NCBI GenBank assembly: GCA_048772705.1
Contig: JBLWGC010000224.1
Coordinates: 62,001-126,000 of the forward strand
DNA from: Leidyana gryllorum EB-2025a
Lineage: Eukaryota; Protista; Apicomplexa
Length of the DNA: 64,000 nucleotides
Direction of reading: 5' to 3'
This document shows positions 1 to 11,814 of the stretch, piece after piece. The first letter of the stretch is position 1; every line of letters begins with the position of its first letter. Below the pieces are notes generated by a model that was not told where the DNA came from, did no database searches, and was given only the letters and a program-made list of their open reading frames with translations. Made by a program: the position numbers and the translations under genes.

Positions 1-1228
1 GCACCCCGCCTCGCCCCGCAACACGACTGCCACAGTATCATTGTCATTGACGAGTTCGACAACCTCTTGGCAGTGCGGCCAGGCAGGGAGACGAGGGACT
101 TTCATGATAGACTCTACAGTTTGTTTGATTGGCCAGCCGCTGTCGGCGCTGGTCTCACATTGATTTGTATCGCAAATACCCTCTGTTTGCCTAAGTTTCT
201 CCTTCCACGATGTTTCTCCCGACTTGGTGAGCCCTCATCCCCGTGACAGGACGGTCGGCTTTCATCATTTCAGGCTTCGGCCACATAAACTTTCCCACAT
301 ATACCTTCGAAGAGCTAACTCAGATTGTGCGGGATCGTTTCGTCAACGCGAAGTGTCCTTTAGAATCTTGTATGGATGAGTAAGTCACCGAGACGTACAC
401 AAAAGGACAAGTGACATCTCTGCCTGGTCAGAACTGCTCTGATCTTGTTGTGCCGAAAGGTGGCCGCCCTCTCGGGCGATGTGCGCTTGGCTTTGTCGCT
501 GTGTCATGCTCTGGTGAAAGAAGCTACCGACGAAGGTCGGAAGGTGACGCCGAGCGATGTTACTCTTCGAACTAAGAGTTTGTTCAACTCGGTAAGCATG
601 TTGCACTCAAGCCCGTGCCACCCGTGACCAGGCTATCGCCGAGTTTGCGGCAGAGCTACCCTTCCATACAACTTTGATCTTATTTTGCATTGTGCGCCTC
701 TTCCTTCGAACTACGATACCTGATGACACCCTCGGGTTTGCTGTGAAGCTGCTGGAAATCCGTGAAGTCTTTTGCCAAACTTTGAGCTCGTAAGCAAGAC
801 ATCGGGATTGCACACGTTTCCACACTCTTTGTGTAAACAGACTGAACCTCGAGGTCAATGATTCTCCATCGATCTGTATGGATGTGGAAACCCTTATGAT
901 GGACAGTTTGGATGAACTCTGCACTTCTGGTGTTCTTCAATGGTCATATCATATGCCTATGCGGGTGGAGATAACAACCCGCAGTGGGCGAGCAGAAAGT
1001 CGAAGGCGAGCGGTTCGCAGATGCGATCAGCAGGGCTTGCAGCGATGGGGTCAATCCGCTGTAACGCTTATGATGTCGGTGAGCCCTTTTCTTTCAGCAT
1101 TATCAACAGCTCTGATCCCAGCCAGCAGAGTTGATAACTGGCATCGACAATGGGGGCCAATTGAAAGCACAGACAGTGCAAGTGTCGATGCGAGCCCTGA
1201 AAGAGCAACTCAGTATCGTCTGAGGTGA
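1..1228 (+). CDS. ORC1/CDC6-family AAA+ replication initiator, 3' part (5' truncated)
   Basis: Walker B VIVIDEFD, LFDWP, LICIANT, sensor-2 RKVAALSGDVRLAL. GT-AG introns 227-273, 380-431, 592-631 and 790-840 join the exons in frame to TGA at 1228. Confidence 0.8.
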
Positions 1229-1423
1229 CTCACTTCCCACACCGAGACGTTATCCCATTGACCGACCGACCGACCGACGACTCTTTAATGTTTTCATTGT
1301 TAGCTAGAAAGAACTCATATTGCTTGAGAGATGACCCGTTACACTATTGCTGGACAAAAGCGGTCCTCAGAAAAGACACGTGTTATCTCCTATCAGTAGG
1401 GGAGGTCAATAAGTACGGCTGTG

Positions 1424-2492
1424 ATGCCTGAGGAAGTACTATGTGCAGAGTTGAATAACGGGATGCTGATGCCCGCTGTGGGACTGGGCACTTGGCAGTT
1501 GCGGGCAACTCACGAGAGTACCCCAAAGATGGCGACGGAATGCCTGAAGGCTGGTTACTTCCTGATTGACACTGCTGAGGTTTATGGCAACCAACAAGCA
1601 CTTGGAGAGGGTATCAAAGCATTCCGTCCCGATGAACGGGAGAAATCAGAAGCCATCCGACTGGAAGGAATCGACAGATTTCGATGCGTTGATGTCCCAA
1701 GCTTTCTAACCAGTCTGAAGACCCCTCATGAAGATCGGGATTGCTTTGTCACTGGAAAGATATTCCCCCGCGGATACGTAAGTGGAAGAGTGGGTGTGCT
1801 CTCGACTTTGTGGATGATTGCAGCATCCCCCCGAAAAGATACGCGAGCAGGTGCAGAATTATCTGAGCCAGATTGGGCGGCAATCTGCTGACCTCATATT
1901 GATGCACTGGCCGGCCCAAATGACTTCATGGGCAACTCTGGAAGATATGACGAGTCCCAAGAACCACGAAATGAGACTGACTGTATGGCATACGCTCGAG
2001 GATCTCGTGGCAGAAGGCCTAATTCGTGCGATTGGAGTGTCGAATTTCATGACCAAACACCTGAAACCTTTCGTGGAAGAGATTCTTGACCGCAAGGGGA
2101 AAGGATGTCCCAAAGCCACTTTACCAGTCGTCAACCAGATTGAGCTCAATCCGCTCTGCAGAGCTTCCCCATGTCTACTGGAGTTCTGTAAACTCCACAA
2201 CATCCACATCACCTCCTACTCAACATTGGGATCAACACGAGCATCTGTTCGAACGCACCCCACAGTCCTCGAGCTGGCGGAGGCCATAGGACGATCGCCG
2301 GCCCAAGTGATTCTAAGATGGGCCTTACAGAAAGGCTACATGGTGATTCCTCGCACATCCAGTCCTGAACATGCCAGAGAGAACCTAGAATGCCTCTACT
2401 TCAGCTTGAGTCCAGACCAATTAGAAGCGATAGACGCAATCTATAGTGGCTTAGATCAACGCGGCTGCCCTGATCCTAATCAGGCTACTTGA
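1424..2492 (+). CDS. Aldo-keto reductase (paralog 1)
   Basis: LNNGMLMPAVGLGTW, catalytic tetrad D(TAE)/Y/K(TGK)/H(WP), IGVSNF, NQIE, LRWALQKG. Intron 1778-1823. Confidence 0.93.
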
Positions 2493-2563
2493 GACGGGTC
2501 ACATCTGTCAACGTTGAGCTCGCCCCTCGAGACGGGTCGCATCTGTCAACGTTGAGCTCGCCC
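2491..2563. repeat. Two near-identical 35-bp direct repeats (period 38) starting in the AKR1 stop codon
   Basis: gagacgggtc[a/g]catctgtcaacgttgagctcgccc at 2491-2525 and 2529-2563. Confidence 0.9.
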
Positions 2564-2725
2564 GTTTGCCCCATATCGTGCCAGAGCCTACACTTGAGGG
2601 TTGGGGAAGCAGATTCCGGCCGAGGGGTGATAGTGGCTGGGAGGCGAAGTGAAGATTTAGAAGTACAATTCGTTGCGTTTGTGCAAACATTCAATGAAAA
2701 CACCCGAAGTGTTGTAGACACTAAT

Positions 2726-3786
2726 CTAAGCAGCCATGTTGGGGTCGGGGCACCCACGCACATCTTTTCCAGTGTACAGGTTATCGATTTCCTTGATCTG
2801 ATCGGGAGTGAGGCTGAAGTACTGAATTTCGAGGTTCTCCCGAGCGTGATCCGGACTTGAGGTACGCGGGATCACGAGATAGCCCTTCTGTAGGGCCCAA
2901 CGTAAGATCAGCTGAGTTGGGGTCTTTCCAGCTTTCTTAGCCATCTCCACGACCTTAGGATCGGTACGCACAGAGGCTTGAGTTGAGCCCAATGTCGAGT
3001 AGGATGTGATTTGAATTTTGTGCTCTTTGCATAGGGCCATCAGACAATCAGTGGCTCTGCAGAACGGATTGAGTTCAATTTGATTTGTCACAGGCAATGT
3101 GGCTTTAGTGCACCCCTTGGCTTTGCGGCTCAATATATCGTCGATAAGAGGCTTGAGATGTCTTGTCATAAAGTTGGATACTCCGATCGCGCGGATTTTG
3201 CCCTCGGCCACCAACTCCTCCAAGGTCTGCCAGGCACGCAGACGCATCTCAGGGTTCTGCGGGTCGGTCATCTCCTTTTCGGTGGCCCAGGCAGTCATCG
3301 CAGCAGGCCAGTGCATCAGAATCAGATCTGCTGATTTGCGGTTGATTTGAGACAGATAGTTGCTGACTTGAGTGCGGATGTTCTCGGGGCTCTGCAGAGT
3401 CTGTTTCATCCACGTTCGGGACCAATACTTACGTAGTCAGGGGGGAATACTTTGCCGGTCACGAAACACTCTCTGTCATCGTGCGGCTTCTTGAGATTGG
3501 CGAGGAAGGTTGCTTCGTCCACGGCTTTGAATTGAGTGATTCCCTCGACGTTCACTTCCTTCAAGGTCTCGCGCTCGCTCGGCTTGAAAGCTGCAATGCC
3601 TTTACCGAGGGCGGGTTGATTGTTGTATGCTTCAGCTGTATCAATGTGATAGTATCCCATTTTCAAACTTTCAGTGGCAACGGTGGTAGTGCTAGCCGCG
3701 GTCCCCTCGAGCTGCCAGGTACCCAGCCCAACCGCAGGCATCAGCATGCCATTGTTCAATTCAGCGCAGATGAGAGTGTTCACCAT
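2726..3786 (-). CDS. Aldo-keto reductase (paralog 2)
   Basis: Same motifs as paralog 1. Intron 3392-3432 at the homologous position (DY|SPEN). Confidence 0.93.
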
Positions 3787-3940
3787 GTTGCCAACAGAGA
3801 GTAATGTAGAGAGTGAGCGATCAGGTGAAAAGGTGAGATGAGATGAGATACTGAAAGATTAGACGACTATGTCGTGCAATTTTCGCACAGCTCTCCTGGG
3901 ACAATGTCCCATGCACCTCCCTCCTCCGCCTCAGACATTT

Positions 3941-5003
3941 ATGACCCGCAAAGTCCTGGTCGCTCGCTTGAACAATGGCACTCTCATGCCAGCCGTTGGG
4001 TTCGGGACTTACGACTTACCTAATGATGAGAAAACGGCCAACCTAATCACAGAATGTCTCAAACTTGGGTATTACCATATCGATACCGCCGAACACTACC
4101 GCAATCAGCCAGCGATCGGACGGGGAATCGCCGCCTTTGTTGCCACTGACAGAATCGGGGTAAACTCTATCGACATGACAGGGTTGACAGCATTCGAGGC
4201 TGTCGAAGAGGATGAGTTTCTCCACAACTTGAGAGATCCTCATTCTGGTGATCGTGACTGCTTTGTTACCGGGAAGGTCTTCCCCAATGGATACGTAAGT
4301 TCACCGTTCGCACCCTCAACAGATTCTGCTCGAGTAGACTGATGAACTTTTGCGAGATCAAGTCAATAGATATATCGAAGAAGTAGGACGCAAGTCGGTT
4401 GATCTCATGCTAATGCACTGGCCAGCACCGATGACATGGTGGGCCAAAGAAGAGGAAATGATCAGCCCTAACAATCCTGACATTCGACTACGAGTCTGGC
4501 ACACTCTCGAAGACATGATGGCAGAAGGCAAGATCAGAACAATTGGTGTATGCAACTTTATGACCAAGCACCTGCAACCTCTCATAAATGACATAATTCA
4601 GCGACAAGAGCGAGGCTGTACCAAAGCGCGCCTGCCAGCTGTCAACCAAATCGAACTGAGTCCACTCTGTAGAGCCACCTCATGTCTGACCTCGCTCTGT
4701 CGATCACACAACATTCACCTCATATCCTGGTCTACACTCGGCTCGACACAGGCCGCTGTGAGGCAAAACCCCCAAGTCATCGCGGTCGCTCAGCAACTGA
4801 AACGCTCGCCAGCCCAACTACTACTGCGATGGGCCCTACAAAAAGGCTTTCTGATCATCCCACGTACTTCCAACCCAGATCATGCCAGAGAGAATCTGGA
4901 AATTCTGTCATTCCATCTGAGTGACGCTGAGGTCGATATGGTCGACGCACTATACACTGGAACAGACTTGCGTATTGGACCCGATCCGAACTTGGCCTCC
5001 TGA
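3941..5003 (+). CDS. Aldo-keto reductase (paralog 3)
   Basis: LNNGTLMPAVGFGTY, DTAEHY, TGK, MHWP. Intron 4295-4337 at the homologous position. Confidence 0.92.
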
Positions 5004-5340
5004 GTTACCCAACCTCTGAAAGCTCGATCATCTTCCCTTCTACTTTCGTGCGCTCACGCGTATCGACCTCGAAATTAAACATTGGCTCACGGAAACACCT
5101 GCATCACACATGCAGCGTGTCGCACTGAGCGTGGCAAGACAACTTTGCTCCAGACCCTCTGCACTACACTCCTTCTTACCAGATCTTTCTACCTATGTGT
5201 GCGAAGGACCATGCTGGTGTAGACCCAGAATCTGATGATTTCGAACATTTGAGCAGCTCTGGTAGTGCGGTTTCGGACTGGCGGGTCATAATAATCACAC
5301 GTGGAATTATAGTAATTCTGGACATCATTCAAACACCACT

Positions 5341-7253
5341 TCAGGTCGGACCTCGCCGATTGGCCGAGGCCAGTGAGGCAGATACAGCCTGCAGTTGGTC
5401 CAGGGTAGCCCGTTTTGTCAATGCAGAAGGTGACTTGGGAGATGGGGCATCTGGCTTCTTCATAATCCGAGGGGGTTCCTGTGAAGCAGTAGGAGTGACT
5501 TTGAAGGGGGCCAACTTCTTCCCCAAATCCTTTGTTTGTGGAGGAGGCTTTCCGGCTTCTTTCTTCACAATCACCAGCTCTTTCCTCGGTTCCGCCTTTT
5601 TCGGCTCCTCTTTCTTTGGTTCGGCCTTTTTCGGCTCCTCCTTCTTAGCTGGCACTTCCACGGTCTTGACGACTTCCTTGATCACCTCTTTCACCACGGG
5701 AACCTCTTTGATAACCTCCTTAATCACCTCTTTTACCACCGGAACCTCTTTTATAACTTCCTTGACGACCTCCTTCACGATAGGTGGCCGTCGTGACATT
5801 TCGTCAAGATCTTTCTGCAATATGGCTATTCGTTCTCGCAAAGAGGCTTCCGCTTTCTTGCGCTCAAGTCCTTCAGCTTCAAGCTCCTTCGCCAAACGCT
5901 GCTTATCCTCCAAACTTATCAGCAACTCTTCTGACTTGGCTTTGAGTTGGGCTTTGAGCTGCTCCAATTCCTTCTTCAGCCGCTGTGCTTCGTCTTCCGC
6001 AGCTCGCAGTTCTTTTCTCCACTTCTCCTCTTCCAATCGCCGCTGCTCAGCGGTACGCGACTCCCGTAGCTCGCGTTCGGCCCGATCCTGGGCAAGGGCA
6101 GCCTCAATCAACTCGAGTAGTTCTCGCAGTTCAGTCAAATCCAAACGAGCTTCTGGACTCGTACGACAATGTATTGGACAGCAGAGACACCGGTTGGCCA
6201 ACTTGGTACAACATAAGCCTTGGAGTTGAACCGGAACAAGATCTGATGCCAAATATCAAATCAGTCATCTGCTCACACTTACACATCTCTTCATCTACTG
6301 GGCAGTCCCAAAGATCGAAACGAGGACCCTCGATGTCTGAGCTTCTCAAGAAGGTAATGTCAGCACAGCGGATTGCTCTGAGTTTCCTCTCCATGGGAAT
6401 GGCACGCCACTGAGGGCTGAAGTGCAACCAACGGGGGTCATTGAACGTGACAGATAACCATCGTAAGTCCTCAGGAGCTCGAAGGTACAGGCTTGCATAA
6501 GCAAGCCAGCGTTTGTGTTCCGTCGCAATGGTCAACCACCGCAATGACAGCGGACTTTCTTTCCACCACCCCTTCAGATCACTCCAGTTCCCATCTGCAG
6601 TTGCATAAGCCAGATACTTGAGGTCTTGAGGGGCGTCCAAGCTCTCTAATCGCTTTTGAATCAAGCGCTGTCCTTCGGTTTGGAACTGAGACCCATCAAT
6701 TCTCGCCTGGATGGACACTCGCCCTGCAGCTATCATTCGTCCGTCGGTGAGGGCCTGCCTTAATCCATCAGCTTGCGTCCACAGACTTTTGACTGGGGAA
6801 TTAACCATTTCAATGAAAGTGAGTACTTCTGGAATCAGAGCTAACGGCCCAATTTCACTGTTCTCGGACCTCTTCCTTATTAAGCTCAGCAACAGATTGC
6901 AAATCACTTCCAGCCCCCTCAGCACACTTGGATCCACCTGGGGACGTAAGCTTGCCATCTGATTGTTGAGTTGGCACAACTCATGTTTCAGCACGTGGAC
7001 CTGTCGCTCAGCACATCTCATGATCTTGTCCTTTTCAGCAAGCTTCAAACGACAGTCTAAATCCTCCTTCTCCTCCACCCGAACTACTCTCTTGATTGGT
7101 CGTTCAGAATCTGGGACCTGCATTGGCGCATTCCGCAAGGTGTCCCATCGATCTTCCAGGGCCGGCGGCTCCCGTAGGTACCCCGCTGCCAGATGATCTT
7201 GTCTTCTTCCAAACTACGTCATGATGAAAGTTGTTATTAGCAGAGCTTACCAT
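5341..7253 (-). CDS. Coiled-coil protein with alveolin/epiplastin-like VKEV(P) repeats; putative pellicle/cytoskeletal protein
   Basis: ATG-only first exon (7251-7253). Introns 7214-7250 and 6243-6282 join ORFs 6131-7138 and 5341-6252. C-terminal (KEVIKEVPVV)n and (KKxEP)n repeats. Confidence 0.65.
5585..5785 (-). repeat. Coding tandem repeats (42-bp PVVKEVIKEVIKEV units and 15-bp KK[AE]EP units)
   Basis: Visible directly in the DNA and the translation. Confidence 0.85.
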
Positions 7254-7349
7254 TAGGTTAATATTTCAAATCATTCTCCAATAAAGCGGGAGTGCATGCA
7301 GGAGGTACGAAAGCACCAAAGCACTTGTCAGTTGCTTTGAACCTTGATC

Positions 7350-7718
7350 TCATATATGCGACACATTGACACAGGTGGCGTCTGGAGAAGTAAGAATCTC
7401 CTCAAATTCGTCCAGTATTTCAGCTCTGGATCCCAATAGAGCTCGTGCGGCAATAAGGGTTTGATTGGATGATTCAGGTTGCAATACGAGGCGTCGGCAA
7501 AGTTTGATCAATAAGCAGTAATCACGATGCGACATACTCTCTTTTGCCAGGGCAAAGAAATGACTGATTTCCTCTCGCCGATTGATTGCGGCCAATTGTT
7601 TAGCGGTTTCTGTCGATTGTGGAAAGCGGTGTCTGGTGGTCCTTGGTTGCTGAGACATGCACCCCGGTTCCGACGGAGGCTCAGTCGAGCATTGGGAAGA
7701 AGGTTCATCGGCCGGCAT
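7350..7718 (-). CDS. Small protein with a helical domain resembling the At4g15545 C-terminal (PAH/harmonin-N-like) domain
   Basis: FFALAKESMSHRDY..LIKLCRRL....NQTLIAARALLG...EILDEFEEIL parallels the neighbouring gene's C-terminal domain. Confidence 0.5.
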   Translation of the reverse strand: MPADEPSSQCSTEPPSEPGCMSQQPRTTRHRFPQSTETAKQLAAINRREEISHFFALAKESMSHRDYCLLIKLCRRLVLQPESSNQTLIAARALLGSRAEILDEFEEILTSPDATCVNVSHI

Positions 7719-7918
7719 AGGGCGGCTTCGACGGTTTGGGCGCTTAAAACACGTAGTACACGTGATTGATAATACTTGGGCGATCGCACGTCCCCACACG
7801 CACTGACACAAGGAGCTCGATTACATGGCAACTGTCGACTCAAAAGTGCTGGGCAAGCTTCAATGTTATAGCGTCACAATAAAAGCGTCAAAATGATCAT
7901 CCATGTCCATTCTTTCGT

Positions 7919-9010
7919 TCATTCCACCGTGCAAAGAGTGGAAGTGGCCGGATGCTTGTGAAGGAGCGCGGCAAATTGCTCGATTAAATCGGCGTGTTCT
8001 TCACCAAAGCACTGCTTAACCTCAGCTAGGGTCTCCTCCTTGGTCTGCGATTTGGAGTTAAAGCGCCTGACTGATGCTATGAAATGCTGAAAGCTGTTGT
8101 AGTCGACTCGCTGGCGAACGAGTCGGAAAAAGTTGCGCGGGGGCGCGTCGCCGTCACGTGGCATCTGACGTTGAAGTTGGCCTCGGTGGTTCTGCGTCGA
8201 TGGCTCTGCGTGTGACTGAGTAGGTGACATGAGAGAAGAATTGGAGGTGGCGGGTGCTGTGGTGTTCTGAGTACCGAAAGTGGTGGCACGTTGGCCTGGC
8301 GAAGCTGTGGCAGCACCACTGGTGGTATACACATTCTCGCGGCCATATCTATACAGGGGATCAGGGTGTGAGTCTACACTGGAGGAAACATCGGCAAACG
8401 TCAGAGGGGCGTAGGCGGACACGAAGTCGTTTGTGAGAAGGAACCGATCCATATCCTCCTCCCCCGTATCGTTGTTCTGGATGGATGAGAGAACGGCATT
8501 TCGAACGTTCTCGAGCCGTTCGATCTTATTCTGGAGTTTCTTAATAACATTCACCAGCGCCTGGTTCTCATCTTTCAATGAGTGACCCCGTTGCTGCAAC
8601 TCATGGACCTCGTGTTCGGCTGCCGCCAGCTTTCTGTGAAGTTGGGTAACCTGGAGAAAGTCTTATTATTCGCCTAATTATCGATGGTCCGGCTACTGAC
8701 CTGCAGTTTTGATTCGTCAACCTCAGCACGAAGAGTCCTAATCTCCCGCTCTAGAGATGCTACCTTTGCTTTATGTGCGGTATTGATCGTTCTGAACCCA
8801 AGGGCGAACTGCTCTAACGCACAACCTTGATGGTAGAAAAATCCCTAGCTTACCTTCACAGTCAGTGGGCATCCAATGCGAGGCTTCGTTCCCCGACACA
8901 GTTTTGGACATAGCTGGCAGTCCTTCACTCGAAGGGGTGGGAGTCTCTCCCCTACGGGGGCATGGGGGTGATGTGGGCATGATTAGACTGGGGGTAGGCT
9001 TCAGTGGCAT
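7919..9010 (-). CDS. At4g15545-like coiled-coil protein (start uncertain, 8873-9010)
   Basis: Spliced WMPTDCEEQFALGFRTINTAHKAKVASLEREIRTLR coiled coil plus C-terminal FFRLVRQRVDYNSFQHFIASVRRFNSKSQTKEETLAEVKQCFGEEHADLIEQFAALL. Two short introns near 8810-8853 and 8651-8700. Confidence 0.72.
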
Positions 9011-9051
9011 CCACTGCCGTAGTGGAAAAACAAAGAAAACCTCGGCCGTGC

Positions 9052-10249
9052 ATGCCGCTCAAGCTGGAGGAGCTTGCTCCAGAGTCGTGGAGCCTACCTT
9101 ATGAAGGCTTTGGCAATTTGTACGGACTCGAGTGCCCAGGACGCTATGCAGGACCTTTAATGGGCGCTCTTGGAACCCATTTCCCATTGACTCGGCAGCA
9201 TAATCACGTCAAGCGGGCCCGCAAAAATGGCATTAACGTTCAGATTCTACTATCCGACTCGCCAGTGAGCTTCCTCCTAAGTAATCCACCCTTTCACGCT
9301 ACCCAGACACTCACGGCGGCTCAAGAGAAAGTCTTGTCGGATTTGGGGTTGGACAGCTGTCAACTGCGTCCGTTTAACATACCTCTCAATGCTCCCCGTA
9401 ATGCAGAGGAAACTAGGCTTCTCTCCGAGATGTATTGGCCCGTCGTATATCGTAAAGCACGGCTGGAGTGGACTCCAAGCCCGATACCGTAAGACTAAGC
9501 ATTGTAATGTGATCGGTGTAACTGCTCTCATGGCCGCTCGTGTCTCGATGGGGTCTCGGCAAGGATGTTGTTGCATTGTTAAGTCCCCGTCCGGCAGCGA
9601 TTCATAAGGTTTTGTTTGCAGGGACGCAGAACACTCCACCGTGTTCGAGCGAGCCAAGGACGTTTTGCGTACTTGGAACCGACCGAGTGACGAAGTGATA
9701 AAGAATCGGGTAGGAGCGGACCTTTGCGGGTTGCGGTGCCGATTGTACCTCAACGGAGCTGACGTAGCTGAGGCGGACCATATGAACTTCCAGCAGGAAG
9801 TGAGCAAAGAGAATACCAGTCCTCTCAGTCATGCGGTGATGTTGGCCTTACGAGTTTTGAGCGAAAGGGTTCGCTCAACATACAGCGGGGTAAAGAAGGC
9901 ACGGTGCGGTTCATCGGACGAGGACGATACGGCGGCAAGTTCGAGCGCAGAGTCTGTAGTAACTGCTGAGCAATACTACGCCGCCGATTCGGATGTTTAC
10001 ATTGTGGGGGAGCCCTGTCTCATGTGCGCAATGGCTCTAGTACACTCACGAGTTCGGGCAGTCTTTCTGGTGGAGCAGACGGTGGAAACAGATGCATCAG
10101 CTACTGGGGGGGAATTAGGGAGGTTCTGTCGGGGGGAAGATTGTCGGAATCATTGGACGGGAGGGTATGGTAGTTTGGGTGACGAATGGGCAGTGCAACG
10201 TTTGCGAGCTTTGAATCATCACTATCCTGTGTACCGCGTGAGTGTGTAG
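9052..10249 (+). CDS. TAD3: tRNA adenosine(34) deaminase non-catalytic subunit
   Basis: PLSHAVM (V in place of the catalytic E), [22 protein letters not shown]. Intron 9489-9621. Confidence 0.85.
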
Positions 10250-10325
10250 AGAGACAGCCCAACAATATTGCTTTTTGAGATCTTATTTTGGCGCTAGATC
10301 TCTGTTGCTTGTTCTGACTATCGTG

Positions 10326-11813
10326 ATGAGAGAGATTGTGTCTCTTCACTTCGGCCAGGCCGGTGTCCAGACAGGATCAGCTTCATGGGAGCTCTTCTGC
10401 TTGGAGCATGGTGTGCAACCGGACGGAACGATGCCGGAAGAGATGCGGATTAGTCAGCTGAGCTCGGAGAAATCCGGGCCGCGGACTGATAACGACTCCT
10501 TCTCTACGTTCTTCCAGGAGTCCTCCGCTGGCCGCTACGTTCCCCGCTGTGTTATGGTGGATCTCGAGCCTTCCGTCATTGATGGAATCCGCTCGGGTCC
10601 CTATAAGCAGCTGTTCAACCCCGACATGATGGTTACGGGCAAAGAAGACGCTGCCAACAACTTTGCCCGTGGCCATTACACCGTGGGGAAAGAGATTAGC
10701 GACCACGTGTTGGAGAAAATTCGCCGCACAGTCGACCAATGCGGTTGTCTGCAAGGCTTCACCATCTTCCACGCCGTGGGCGGCGGCACGGGTTCCGGTC
10801 TGACTGCCCTGTTGTCCGAAATGCTGTCTGAAGAATACTACCGGAAGAGCAAGTTCCACTTCTCCAATTGGCCATCCCCGCAAATTGCCACCGCCGTTGT
10901 TGAACCCTACAACGCGATCATGACCACTCATTCCCTGTTGGAGCACTCCGACGTTTCCGTCGTGCTTGACAACGAAGCCATCTACGACATCTGCAAGCGC
11001 AATTTGGATGTTGAGCGCCCTGCCTACAATAACCTCAACCGCATGGTTTGCCAGGTCATCTCCTCGCTGACGGCGTCACTACGCTTCTCGGGCGACCTCA
11101 ATATGGATATCAACGAATTCCAGACCAATCTGGTCCCCTACCCCCGCATACACTTCATGTTGTCCTCCTACGCCCCCATCATCTCATCCCACAAGGCAAC
11201 TCATGAGACCATGTCGGTGAACGACATCACCACGGCCGCCTTCGAACCCTATTCCATGATGGCCAAATGTGACCCACGTCACGGCAAGTACATGGCTTGC
11301 TGCCTCATGTATAGGTAAGTCGCTGGGCTCTACCAGAGCTGTTGCTATCTTCTTCCTTTCATCAGGGGTGATCTGACTCCCAAAGATGTGACTACGGCGA
11401 TATCGCACATGCGAACTAAGGCTTCGGTTCGGTTCGTGGATTGGTGCCCTACCGGTTTCAAAACAGGCATCAACTCCCAGCCGCCAACGTCGGTCCCCGA
11501 CTCGGGTATTGCTATCGTGCCACGTGCGGTAGCCATGATCTCGAACTCTACATCGCTCGCCACCGTCTTCGAACGTATTACGGAGAAGTTTGATGCAATG
11601 TATGCCCGACGCGCCTTCGTTCACTGGTACGTTGACATCATTGTGCGCAGTCATTTTCAATTCATTCGAAACAGGTTTGTTGGTGAAGGTATGGAGGAAG
11701 GCGAATTGTCGGAGGCTCGTGAAGACTTGGCCTGCTTGGAGAGGGACTATGAAGAGGTCCAACAGGACAACACCGTTGTCGACGAGCAGGATGACGGGTA
11801 CATTGAATGCTAG
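10326..11813 (+). CDS. Alpha-tubulin, divergent isotype
   Basis: [64 protein letters not shown]. Introns 11315-11365 and 11627-11674. Confidence 0.95.
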
Positions 11814-11814
11814 A

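Noticed and set aside
2491-2563. CRISPR-like or SECIS-like reading of the direct repeat
   Set aside because: Only two copies with a 3-nt spacer in a eukaryote; no SECIS consensus; the paralogs end at the same position, so no UGA readthrough is indicated.
5195-6229. 344-aa plus-strand S/F/T-rich ORF
   Set aside because: Antisense of the K/E-rich repeat protein.
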